From NCBI GenBank assembly GCA_030770535.1, contig JASVEC010000019.1, positions 248,001 to 312,000 on the forward strand: a stretch of DNA of 64,000 nucleotides, given 5' to 3'. The stretch comes from Batkoa obscura. Its lineage: Eukaryota. Each line of letters begins with the position of its first letter. The first letter of the stretch is position 1. Position numbers and translations under genes: made by a program. A model generated the notes under the pieces. The model was not told the DNA's origin. It made no database searches and saw only the letters and a list, made by a program, of their open reading frames with translations. This document shows, piece by piece, positions 25,890 to 37,376 of the stretch.

Positions 25890-26801
25890 ATATATATTAT
25901 TATATTTTAATTAAATTTTGATATTAAATTTTAAAATAATAGCAACATCTATACAATTAAAGTTGCTGTTAAAATTAAAATCCTTTATTTTTATCTTTAA
26001 TTAACATGTTATATAATAAAAGCAACAACATATCATAACTAAATAAAGTAATGTTACTAAGTCACTTTTTTAATTTATTTAGTTAATAAATAGGTTCTAG
26101 AACCAAATGCATGATAAATTCATTTATATATGTTTGAAAATCGATATATTAATGTATATTCTTAATATTTCATTTTATTATTATATAATTGAATTCAATA
26201 TCTAGTTTGAACATTAATTCTTGTAGTTTTTTTAAAATATTATTTATTTTTTCATTCAATATAAGAATTATCCTAGTTTTTTTTTAATTAATCTATTTAT
26301 TAATATTTTATTTTATTTGAAACATAGGAATAATAACTTTATTTGATATTAAAAGTGGTATAAAATTTAAAGTAATAAATAGGTTAAATAAGGGGGTAAA
26401 TATAATAAAAAATTTATAATTTCAATCTTATTTTTTTATAAAATATAATATAAAAATTGAAGTTTATTTTTAAAAGTGAGATGAAAAGAAGACAGTAATT
26501 AACCAAAAAAAATAAAAATAAAGATATTTTTTAAATGTTATAATTAAATATAAAAAAACAACTTAAGTCTATTAAACTAATTTTTATCAATACAAAGTAT
26601 TAAAATAAGTATTAAGATCATTTTTGTATTGAAATAAAAAGTAATGATCAATTTTATTATAATTATTTTATTCTTTTTATTCCTTTTTATAAATAATTAT
26701 CGGGTAAATCAAATATCCAAAATCAAGTTAAAAAAAGCAAAATAAATAAAAGGGGGGATAATTTTCAAATAAAGGGTTAGAAATGATATACCTGTCTAGA
26801 A

Positions 26802-27548
26802 CTATAGGGAGTAATTTGATGACGAAGGTGAACTAATATTATATTTTACATTATATATCAATTCATCTATTTCATCCATATCTGCATTTAGTAAATTAAG
26901 TATATATTTAATATCTGGGAATGGGGATTGTTTTGAGGGTTTAAAAGAGTATAATATTTCACTATTTGAATTGATTAAATAAGTTTCACCAGAATAAGTA
27001 TCTTGTTTAGTATGACTATGACTTAATAAGGACTTAATATTGGAATATTTAAAAAATTGATTGAATTTGGGTAATTTTGTAGAGTTTAATATAGATTCGG
27101 ATGCTTTAAATACTTTACTTGTAGGATCTAGATATAAGTCCCATTTCCAATAACCTGAACTTAAAAAAGTAGTTAAATCTAAATCTTTTAATACTACAAC
27201 TATCATCTTTATATTATTTTTTTCAAAAGAAGCTTGAAATTCGGATAACATTTGGGCTTCATGATGAGCTAATTTACAATCTAAGTGTGGCAATACCTTT
27301 AATATTACTGAATTGTATTTCCATAAATCACTAAGATAAATTTCTTCTCCATCTAATTTTTTGATTATAATCCCATTAAACATCTTTGCGTTATCTTTGA
27401 CAATACCACTATTATTAGATGAGCTACTTAACAAGGAAGAGCTAATATTTATTAGATTGGACTCATAATATACATCTCGTTTTGACTTAGAAATGTCATG
27501 TAACTGTGGATTAATTTGACAATAAATTTTATTTCGAGTAGTATTCAT
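26802..27548 (-). CDS. Divergent PRXL2-like paralogue lacking the complete CxxC
   Basis: 248 aa; LSDLWK..VILKVL and SGYWKWDLYLDP retained, but LDCKLA replaces LGCxxC and YSGETY replaces QLGGTF. Confidence 0.75.
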   Translation of the reverse strand: MNTTRNKIYCQINPQLHDISKSKRDVYYESNLINISSSLLSSSSNNSGIVKDNAKMFNGIIIKKLDGEEIYLSDLWKYNSVILKVLPHLDCKLAHHEAQMLSEFQASFEKNNIKMIVVVLKDLDLTTFLSSGYWKWDLYLDPTSKVFKASESILNSTKLPKFNQFFKYSNIKSLLSHSHTKQDTYSGETYLINSNSEILYSFKPSKQSPFPDIKYILNLLNADMDEIDELIYNVKYNISSPSSSNYSL

Positions 27549-27914
27549 TTAAAATTAAGTTGGAATGTTAAATTGAATTGAGATTTATATTTGAAGCTAT
27601 TTTTATACAACTCCAATTAAACATTCAACTTTATCATCAATTTCTCCACAGACTAAATTTACCCCAAAATAGTCTGGGGGATTTTATCATGGAATAAATT
27701 AGATTTATTTGAAAAACTAGTAAATTTAAACTAGTTTATAATCAGAATACAATTTCCGTTTTAAAAATGCTTTAAAATCTTCTTTTTGAAATTAGAACCC
27801 AATTCAATTGCTATACATTAAATATAATATGTATTATAAATTAATATTTTAATTTTAAAAATAGGCTAAAGTAAAAGAAAAAATGATTATATATTTATTA
27901 ATATAAAACTGAAT

Positions 27915-28655
27915 TTAAAAGGTACGTGAGCTTAATCTAGAACTTGAACTAAAGCTTTCTTCTTCGTTTAACCTTTCCCTTGTATAGACATATTCTTCAG
28001 GTGTGTCATCATGAATTTCATCTGGATCACCACCAATCAACCCATAAATTTCTTTAATACTTGGAAATTGTCCAAATTTTTTTGCTTTAAAACTATAAAT
28101 TATTTCACCACGTGGATTGATTACAAAAGTGCCACCAAGTTGACGAATACTACCTTTTTGAATGGTATTAGGGATCCCTTTATCTCTTAAAAATCCCACT
28201 AAAGATTTTAAAATCCTTTTTCTCAATACATAAAATATATAAGATAATGATACTTTATGTAAGCCAGCAGCTTTATATACTTTTCGTTCATAATCCATAT
28301 AAATATCCCAGTTCCAATAACCAGAAGTTATAAAAACACTTGAATCAACATCTTCATGTGTAATAGCAACTAAACCAACATTATGTTTTTCAAATAAGGG
28401 TTGCATCTCGGATAGCATTTTAGCTTCTTGTCTACATAAACAACATCCCAACCTTCTTAATACTTTAACTATCACTGTTCTTTCTTTCCATAACTCTTTG
28501 ACTTTAATATCGTTACCAAATCGATCTTTAACTACAATATCTTCAATCACTTTGGATAATTTACCATTTAATGTATAATGATGATTCAAAAATGGATCTT
28601 CCTTTCTATCACTGTTTATTGAGGTTTCATAATGCTCACAAGAAGTACACTGCAT
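27915..28655 (-). CDS. PRXL2/AhpC-TSA_2 paralogue
   Basis: 246 aa; RRLGCCLCRQEA and QLGGTFVI; N-terminal CTSC. Confidence 0.87.
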   Translation of the reverse strand: MQCTSCEHYETSINSDRKEDPFLNHHYTLNGKLSKVIEDIVVKDRFGNDIKVKELWKERTVIVKVLRRLGCCLCRQEAKMLSEMQPLFEKHNVGLVAITHEDVDSSVFITSGYWNWDIYMDYERKVYKAAGLHKVSLSYIFYVLRKRILKSLVGFLRDKGIPNTIQKGSIRQLGGTFVINPRGEIIYSFKAKKFGQFPSIKEIYGLIGGDPDEIHDDTPEEYVYTRERLNEEESFSSSSRLSSRTF

Positions 28656-29471
28656 TTAAAAAAAGTATAAAAAAACAAAAATGCAAATTAATTAATTTTT
28701 AAAATTGTTTTATACCTCGAGTTGACCCCATACTCAATAATCTAAAGTTCTAAACACTAAAATCGAATAAAAGATTCATAAATTCGAATAACTTATTTTA
28801 TGCTTCTATATAAAAACTTATTTTAAGCTAATTTTTTTCCACTTGATTTGGCTATGGTTTTTTCAATATTTACTACATAAACTATCTATTTAATTTTATT
28901 TCATGTGTAAACTATCTATTTATTGTTACTCCCCTTATCAGCCTATTTATAAACATATCTGATTTAAATAAGTTTTTCTATTTTTGTTATAATTTTTTAA
29001 GCAATATGAAATAATTGTTGAAAATGTTCATTGTATTGTTTTGTTGACTATTTAATTACACTTAATCATGTACACTTAATTTCTCTGTTACCAGTAATAT
29101 TGTGATCGAACTTATATTTGATTTTTGGACTTATTGTCTAATTTTACTATTTAATAAAAAGTTTCCTTTAATTATTATTTATTTTATAATTATAAATAGT
29201 GATAGTTTCAAAATTTACTTTACTTGTCATTACAGTTGTATAATAAACTCGCTATTAAAGTTTACTAATTATATTAGTTTCTAATATTTTACTTGACTTG
29301 ATATACATCATTGAATCAAAATAATTCTTTACTAGAGAATATTTCAAACTAATATAATTAGCATTTAGTTATTTAATGAATATTAATAATATAAACAATT
29401 TTTGATATCTACTTTATATATATATTGCTTATTTCAAACCTTAAATTTTTGTGTAAATTGAACTAATATTT

Positions 29472-31935
29472 GGGGCTGTCCTAATTGGTTTCAGAATCTA
29501 CTTAGAAATTAATCCAAATTTAAAATTCCAAGTTTGTGTTCAATATAACGGTTAAATCTAAAAAGCCTAAAATTAAATGTCTCTATTTAAAACTTATTTT
29601 AATTGTTTCCTTTTCTTAAATAGCTAATTTTCCTAACTATATATTTTATGTTAGTTCTGTTAGATATTTAACAGATATATAATATATAACTATATGATTA
29701 TATAATTATATAAATACATAATTATATAAACACAGTTATTTGACTTTATTTGACTTTATTTTTTGTTGAAATAAAAATAAAATGCAAACTTTCATAACTA
29801 AACTTCGAAATGGAATTTTTGAAAACTTCAATACAATAGGGAGGAGTACACAATATAAACATTGTAATTCATTTACATCAATCTTAAGAGCTACTTACAA
29901 CAACCCAAGGTTTATGGAATTTTATAATAAAACAAAACAAAGAAAAGATATATTATCAAAGTTTACTATCGATAATAATAAACTTAATCAAGTAATGTAT
30001 AAAATTAGTGCTTTAAGAGAAACAGGAAACAAAAATCAGCAAGTAGCGTTATTATCAACTATAGCTTCAGTATATTCTTTTGATGAATGTAAGAGTTTTG
30101 GGTTTAATATAAATAGAAATCAATATGATTATTCAAAAACAAGTAATAATAATAAAATATCAACATTAAAACCTATTATTAAAAATACAAAAAAAATTAA
30201 AGATGACCAAATTGAAACTATCATACAATATTTACTAAATGATTCAACTATTTCATCAAGATTTAATAAAAAAAATAACGATAGTAAATATTCATCAGAT
30301 AATATATATATATTAAATAAAAGTAGAAGAATGATATATAGTAAATATTTGAATGATCTAAGAGATAAAGCAGTAGCCAGGTCAACGTTCTTTAAATATA
30401 TACCAAGTAATTTCAAAAATCCAGCAAGAAAAACGGATCTATGTAATATATGTACCCAGTATACAGTTAGAAAAAAGTTATTTGAAAATAAAATAAATAC
30501 AGCAAAAAACAAAGCAGAGATAGAAGAAATTTTCAACGAAGAAGAAAAATTATACAAATTACATAAATTCTGTGTTGATACTCAAAAAAACACATTTAAT
30601 GAAACTATCAAAAAATTAAATAACAAAAGTTGTATAATAGTTTTAGATTTTAAACAAAATATGGAAATAGGGACAAGACCAGATTCAATAAATCTAGATC
30701 ATTATAATAAACAAGCTATATCAGTATTAGGCTTTGGTGTATTATATTTAAAAGATGATAAAACAATAGGCAAAGTTTACTTTGATTATTTATCTGAAAT
30801 ATTGAATCATGATTCAGCATATGCAGGAGATTGTTTAATCGATTTAATCTCTACAGAGCTTCTATTTAAAAAGTTTACAAAAATTAATATATGGGCAGAT
30901 ACAGGAAATCATTTTAGATCCCAAGAGTTTCTACACTATATGTTTGAAGAAATTCATAAAATAAATAGTAGTTTGAATGTTAATCTTAATTTTTTTGCTG
31001 AGCATCATGGAAAAAGTATAGTTGATGGGCATTTTGGAAACCTTTCAAAATGGAAAAGTAGTTTTGAAGCGTTAGGTAAAATAGAAGATATCGATCAATT
31101 AATTTCAAGATTTGAGGCTTTTATTTGTGAGCATAATAAAATTAATAACTCAACTGTTAATAATGGGAAAACAGATATAATTTTTAAAAAGTATAAAAGA
31201 AACAAAAATACAAAAAGAATAATAGAGATGCAGGGCATTAAGAAGTATTTACATTTTATTAAACATAACAATAAACTACATTGTTATCCAGTATCTGATA
31301 CATCAAAAAAAAGCGATATAGTCCCAATTAAAGTTATAGAGTCTATAGAAAACAGAAAAATTAAAAGATCGATCCCAGCTTACCTTACGAAGATAACAGA
31401 GAATTTAAAAATTTCGATATTTACTAAGCAAGTAAGTAGTTTGTTGAATGATAGAAATAGATTGTTAAATGTTAGGATTACTTAAGTTATTAATAGCTAA
31501 GTTAATAAATAGTCAAAGAACAAGTAACTGTAATAATATGTAAAAACTATTATTACTTGTACTATATAGGGATGGTCAATTATAGTTTTGGGGCTGACCA
31601 CTCCCTCCCATGCAGCTATTTATTAACTTGGCAACATATTAATAATGTAATTATAACATTAAAGTAGTTTATTTATTTGATAATAAATCTACGATGTTGG
31701 TTATAAAGCAGTTGATAATAAATATTTCTCAATTAAGCTTTATAAGAACATGTATTTAAGATCTAGTAGAAATTCAACTAACTTACAGTATGAGCTATAA
31801 TAGAATGATTTAGAACTGTGTTTGGGTACTTTTGTTTTAATAAAAGATGTGATTTTATAGAATTTTAAGCGAAGTTTTTAAAATACAAATTTTTTTAAAA
31901 TTGGATAAAATAATGAAACTAATTCAGACAACCCC
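29472..31935 (+). mobile_element. Full-length Sola-like DNA transposon (2464 bp)
   Basis: Left TIR GGGGCTGTCCTAATTGGTTTCA vs right (reverse complement) GGGGTTGTCTGAATTAGTTTCA, 18/22 identical; ATTT TSD at 29468-29471 and 31936-31939; encloses one long transposase ORF. Confidence 0.85.
29782..31485 (+). CDS. Sola-like DDD transposase, intact ORF
   Basis: 567 aa; TDLCNIC..H zinc motif; candidate catalytic triad LDFKQN / WADTGNHFRS / FFAEHHGKSIVDGHFG. Confidence 0.8.
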   Translation: MQTFITKLRNGIFENFNTIGRSTQYKHCNSFTSILRATYNNPRFMEFYNKTKQRKDILSKFTIDNNKLNQVMYKISALRETGNKNQQVALLSTIASVYSFDECKSFGFNINRNQYDYSKTSNNNKISTLKPIIKNTKKIKDDQIETIIQYLLNDSTISSRFNKKNNDSKYSSDNIYILNKSRRMIYSKYLNDLRDKAVARSTFFKYIPSNFKNPARKTDLCNICTQYTVRKKLFENKINTAKNKAEIEEIFNEEEKLYKLHKFCVDTQKNTFNETIKKLNNKSCIIVLDFKQNMEIGTRPDSINLDHYNKQAISVLGFGVLYLKDDKTIGKVYFDYLSEILNHDSAYAGDCLIDLISTELLFKKFTKINIWADTGNHFRSQEFLHYMFEEIHKINSSLNVNLNFFAEHHGKSIVDGHFGNLSKWKSSFEALGKIEDIDQLISRFEAFICEHNKINNSTVNNGKTDIIFKKYKRNKNTKRIIEMQGIKKYLHFIKHNNKLHCYPVSDTSKKSDIVPIKVIESIENRKIKRSIPAYLTKITENLKISIFTKQVSSLLNDRNRLLNVRIT

Positions 31936-32290
31936 ATTTAATATTTAGCTTTGATAATATTATCATAATTCATTTTTTTTTAAAAAAAAAATTTTATTAA
32001 ATTTTATTTTCAAGAATAACGGTTCAAATAATACAATTTATATAGTTTTAATATACTTGAGAATAAAGTATATAAGGTTTTAATCTTTAAAATATCCAAA
32101 GTATCCAAAATATGGTTTTATTACTGTCAAAGTTTAGTCATTTCATTATTAAATTGTAATAAATATAATAGTTTTAAAGATTAAGTCTTATCTTTATAGC
32201 GATAAACTTTAGAATGTTAATACTATTTTGACATTGTAAAAACTGTTGAATAAAGCTTTGCTATAAAGGTATAATTTTTGCACTATTATT

Positions 32291-32386
32291 GGGGATGTAT
32301 TTTTTTGTCTAAGAATTTTACTAATAGCTTATTCACTCAAGTAGTGTTTAAAAAATGGAAAGTAGTGAGACCAGAAAAACACCGCC
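32291..32386. mobile_element. MITE copy (orientation B, diverged)
   Basis: GGGGATGTA...ACACCGCC. Confidence 0.75.
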
Positions 32387-32554
32387 ATTATTAGATTCAT
32401 TTTTTGTAAAATTTACTCAGTAGCATGAAATAAATTGAATAAAAATAGCTGGAATAAAAATTACTATTAAATTACTTTAAAACCATCTAAATCGCATTAC
32501 ATTGATATTGCTTCTGAAAGAAATTTAAATATACTAATTACTATTTAGTTTCAA

Positions 32555-32626
32555 TCTCGGGTAGTATAGTGGTGAGTATCCCCGCCTGTCACGCGGGAGA
32601 CCGGGGTTCAATTCCCCGCTCGAGAG
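32555..32626 (+). tRNA. tRNA-Asp(GTC)
   Basis: Identical to the copy at 6569-6640; followed by a TTTTT Pol III terminator. Confidence 0.97.
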
Positions 32627-32674
32627 TATAATTTTTCATTATTTGGTTTTTTATTTTTCACTCTTTCATTATAT

Positions 32675-32773
32675 GGGGCTATTTTTTTTGGTTTCATAAC
32701 TTCTTCCATTTTTCAAGCGCTATTTGAGCAGAGAGATTATTAGTAAAACTATTAAGCAAAAAAATACATCCCC
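32675..32773. mobile_element. MITE copy (orientation A; same subfamily as 51946)
   Basis: GGGGCTAT...ACATCCCC; TSD ATAT/ATAT. Confidence 0.88.
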
Positions 32774-33294
32774 ATATATTGTCAATTATTTTTTTAGAAA
32801 TTGGACATCGGTGATAGTGTTTATTAAGATATAATAATAAATAATAGAGTTTATATCAATTTCAGTTGTATATCATATAAATAGAGTATTAGGACTAAAG
32901 GAGACATTATCTAGGATCTTAGAATTAATCGACTAATTTAAGAACGTACTTGTAAATTATTATAGTGTTTTTGATGAATTCAATGTATTGTATGTGAGAT
33001 GATAAATAACTCAGACTTAAGATATTGTTATCATCTAAATTATTACATTGTAACTAGAATTATTAACATCTGTATTTAAAATAATAAAATGAAATAAACG
33101 TATCAGTGCTATGTTTTATCAACCATGAATTCAGTAAGTTAATAGAAGATTCTTAAACTACAAAAGTAATCTAATGGCACCACATTACACAACATTATTA
33201 TTTTTATTATGAAATTAAGAAAATGAGATAAAATATTAATAGATAAAATATGAAGTATTATCGATACTGTTATAATTAAAATTCTTAAAAATAT

Positions 33295-33390
33295 GGGGAT
33301 ATATTTTTTTGTTTAAGAATTTCAATAACAATCTTTCCCTTCAAATAATGCTTAAAAAGGAAAAAATGATGAAGCCAAAGAAACAGCCTC
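33295..33390. mobile_element. MITE copy (orientation B)
   Basis: GGGGATAT...ACAGCCTC; TSD ATAT/ATAT. Confidence 0.85.
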
Positions 33391-33636
33391 ATATGTTTTA
33401 GTTTAAAAGCTAGCCTTTATAAATATTAGCTTCTATCTGAGTTCATTTTATATTTCATTTAAAAAAAATCAATTTCAATATTATCTTTATCAAATACAGT
33501 AACTTATAACATAAATATAGCTCGAGCCTAAGTATCAAAGTAAAAATTTCACACTTTAAATATTTATTTAATAGGCATAATAGTATGATAAAATAATTAG
33601 AATAGGATTTCAAACCCTTTTTTTAAATAGTAAAGT

Positions 33637-34410
33637 TTAAGATGTATCACCAGATAAAATGGAACTTGAGCTAATGCTTGAATCGCCGCTCAATCTTTTT
33701 CTAGTGTAAATATATTCTTCAAGGAAGTCTTCATTGATCTCATCAGGGTTACCGCCGATCACCTTATAAATTTCTTTAACACTTGGGAATTGCCCAAATT
33801 TTTTTGCTCTAAAACTATAAAGGATCTCTCCATTAAGGTTTATTACAAAAGTACCACCAAGTTGTCTAAGATCGCCTCCTTTAATGCTATTAGTCATCCC
33901 TTTATCTCTTAAATAAGCAAACAATTTTTTAAATGATCTTGTGGCTAATGCTGATAATAAATAAAATACAGACACTTTGTTTAACCCAGCAGCCTTATAC
34001 ACATTCTTTTCTGGATCAAGATAAATATCCCAATCCCAATATCCCGATTCTAAAAACGCCTCTAAATCAATATCTTCAAAAGCAATTGCCGCCATTGTAA
34101 CATTATGCTTATCAAAAAGTGGTTTCATATCCGATAACATTTTAGCTTCTTGTTTACATAAACAGCATCCTAGCTGCCTCAGTACTTTAATAACAACTGT
34201 CTTTTCCTTCCATAACTCATTTACTGGGACCTTTTCACCAAACCTATTTTTTACTAGAATATTATCAAACATTGTGATGCCAATGTTTCCATTAATAGTC
34301 GATCTGCTAGAATTTGAACCACTATAGATACCCTTTTCCAAATCAAAATGGGTACTGGACAGATAGCTTTCTAATCCAGAATCATCAAATCTGCAGGCTT
34401 CACAGTTCAT
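33637..34410 (-). CDS. PRXL2/AhpC-TSA_2 paralogue
   Basis: 257 aa; RQLGCCLCKQEA and GDLRQLGGTFVI; N-terminal CEAC. Confidence 0.87.
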   Translation of the reverse strand: MNCEACRFDDSGLESYLSSTHFDLEKGIYSGSNSSRSTINGNIGITMFDNILVKNRFGEKVPVNELWKEKTVVIKVLRQLGCCLCKQEAKMLSDMKPLFDKHNVTMAAIAFEDIDLEAFLESGYWDWDIYLDPEKNVYKAAGLNKVSVFYLLSALATRSFKKLFAYLRDKGMTNSIKGGDLRQLGGTFVINLNGEILYSFRAKKFGQFPSVKEIYKVIGGNPDEINEDFLEEYIYTRKRLSGDSSISSSSILSGDTS

Positions 34411-35482
34411 TTGGACTAATTTGAAAAGAAAAGAAAAAAAAATTAGTTTTATTTGATTATTTTATCCTTGGTATTTATACTTTTGGTCTTCCGCGGTGGA
34501 TTCAATAATGCTTGATGCTATAATCTATCCCTGTATTTGTTCTATAAAATTATTTTGCTTTTAAGAATAAAATATTATTAAATCATCATATTTGAAATTG
34601 AACCATATAAATTATAAGTAATTTAACTATTTACTTTAATTTAAAGTTAAAAGTAGTTTATCAGCCTTTGTTGCCATTACACACGAATACTTGAAACTAT
34701 ATATCAACTTTTATCTTACTAAAATTTATTGCACTAGAATATAAACTGTATGGATATAAAAAGTCAATAAATTTAGTGATTTTTGGTCAGATTTTGGAAT
34801 TTAATTTTTAAATTATAGTGTATTTAGAACAAATCAGTGATTCAATTGAAGTTTCTATTAACCACTAATATTAATATCTAATGAAAAAGTCCTGCTGGTT
34901 TAATTTATATTGATTAAGTAGAATTTAAGGAGATACGCTTATTACATTCAATTGAAACTTTGCAGTTAAGTTTTATAGCTTTGGTACCCATACCTAACAG
35001 CAGGCTCTATTTAGATATTTTCTAATTTTATTCCAACATAATGTGAGTTAATTCGAACCAGTGCTTTTTCTACCACATCACATTTTTAGTTAAAAGCGAA
35101 TATTACTTTTAAAGGAACATGGGCTATTTTATCTAAAATTAAAAACTAAGACTTATGAGTTTCTTGTACTTAAAATAGACAATAAGCAAATAAAGTTGAA
35201 TCAAACAGGAAAATAATTTACAAATTATAATATAGAATATTTTTATATTCTTGGAAGTCTTACTTTAAGTCCAAGTATTTTAATAGATGAATAAACTTAA
35301 AGCTTAATAAAAAGCTTAGAGGATGAGTTTGAAAAGGTGATTGTGGAATAACAACCTTTTAGGAAGGATTTTTATCAAGTATTAATTACTATCCCGATAA
35401 CTTGGTTTACTCTCTATAAGCGATATGATAACATCTCACCCAAGGAACTTGGAACTATTAATGAGTTTATCCACATCAATAT

Positions 35483-35581
35483 GGGGATGTGTTTTTATAT
35501 TTAAGAATTTTGCTAACAAATTTTCCACTTAAATAGGGCTTAAAAAATGGAAAAAGTAATGAAGTCAAAAAAAATACTCCC
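35483..35581. mobile_element. MITE copy (orientation B)
   Basis: GGGGATGT...TACTCCC; TSD ATAT/ATAT. Confidence 0.87.
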
Positions 35582-36174
35582 ATATGTTGATTTACAATTA
35601 CCACATGATAATGTCTATTTTCTATTTATTTGATAAAAAAATAGAAAGCATTAGCGACTTTTTTAAATGTACTCTGTGCAGTATAATTTAAACAAGCTAA
35701 TATTATATATAGGCATATTAATACTAAATTGATTTAAAACAGTTAGTAACCCCTTTCCGAGTAAACTTCTGATTTTACTAAGTCGAATAGACTTTATGTA
35801 ATGGTTCTAAACCACTAGTAATTAATTGGCAGTTACTGATTTCATTTTAATATAATATGTATACAGTATTTTCAGCCTATTATGACTATAACAAGAGAAA
35901 AATTCAACAAACTGAAAGAAAGATTTTGACGATGATTTCTAACAAAAGTAATCAAAATTTCTAATTTTATAGCGGAGTTTCTTAATCTTATCCATTTTTT
36001 TTGAACTTATTATTGAAATTTTTTACCTGTTTATTAAAATTTTTCTCTTCCTATTACCGCAATGCGTTAGAAATACTGTATGAAAAATTGTCCTTAATAA
36101 GAAAATGCCAAGGTGTTCATTTTTTTATCATAGTATTAATGTTTGGTATAATGATGTATTGGATAAAATGGTAT

Positions 36175-36266
36175 GGGGATGTATTTTTGTATTTAAGAAT
36201 TTTACTAACAATTTTTCCACTCAAACAGCGCTTAAAAGATGGAAAAAATAATGAAAAAAACACTAC
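36175..36266. mobile_element. MITE copy (orientation B)
   Basis: GGGGATGTA start; internal consensus intact; right end eroded. Confidence 0.8.
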
Positions 36267-37376
36267 ATATATTAGATAAAATTATGCATTTAATAAAATT
36301 GGCTTGGATTTCATCAAAAGCATTCTTTAGTCATAAATAACTTCATTAATTAACTTTGTAATATATTATGATAGTTATACTCAACTTTAATAATGGATTT
36401 TGATATCATTGTACATATATAAAATATCCTGAACACTATGAGAATTATAGTCATGGTATATGGAAAAATTGAGCACGAAAAACATACTGATTGATCAAAC
36501 ATTTAGCTTTCATTATGCTACTTTTGTGTTGCAAAGTATAACATGTATTACCAATGAATATGAATCAACCTAGAATATAATAAATGGTTTCAAGTCCTTT
36601 GATATTCAAATCGGTATTTATTTTTTTCAGCTCCTTTTTATTAATATTGCATGATAAACTATCGTTGTATAGGCAATTGATACTATTATTAAAGTAAAAA
36701 GAGATAAAAAATTAAAAAATATATACTAATACGCAGCATCTTTTTTTAGAGCATATATACAGATATTTTCAGTATTAGTTTTATTAAGTATTGTAAATAG
36801 CACCCTTAATATTAAAAAGATTAATACTAAAACTATAAAAATAAAATATTTGATAATTTTATCATTTTATATTGATATTTTATGTTTAATAGATATACTG
36901 AAGTTATTACTGTTAAATGTGTTACTGAGGTAGAAACACTAAATAAATTGAGCCATTGAAATAGATAACAAATTAACAGTAAATCCTTTTTATTAAATAA
37001 TAATTCAAATAATATAGATCTAATATATAACTTTTTTTAACAGTATATAAACTGTTGGTGTTATTTTTATAATAATTACATATATTATTATGGCTATTAT
37101 TTAGTCGATTTATTATTTTTTAGATATAAATCAACTGTTAGCTCTTCGATTATTTACTGAATTCACTAATGTAAACTAACTCAATAAAAATATCTATTAA
37201 ATACAAGTACATCTTGTTGAAAAGTATTGTCACTAAATTTTATGATTTTGCAGCTATAAGCTGAGCCAAAATTTCCTTTTTAAGCAATAATCTCATTCTT
37301 AAACCAATAGTTCTCATTTTGTAAAAATAGGTTAAAAATTATAATTGAGTAAAATTTACTTTGATATTTAGTTAAG

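Noticed and set aside
889..34410. Selenoprotein (SelU/AhpC-like, UGA-Sec) interpretation of the redoxin genes
   Set aside because: All active-site positions are Cys codons; no in-frame TGA and no convincing SECIS seen
35315..35480. Possible Ty3/gypsy pol relic (DEFEKVIVE*..ISPKELGTINEFI)
   Set aside because: Too short and degenerate to support without a profile search
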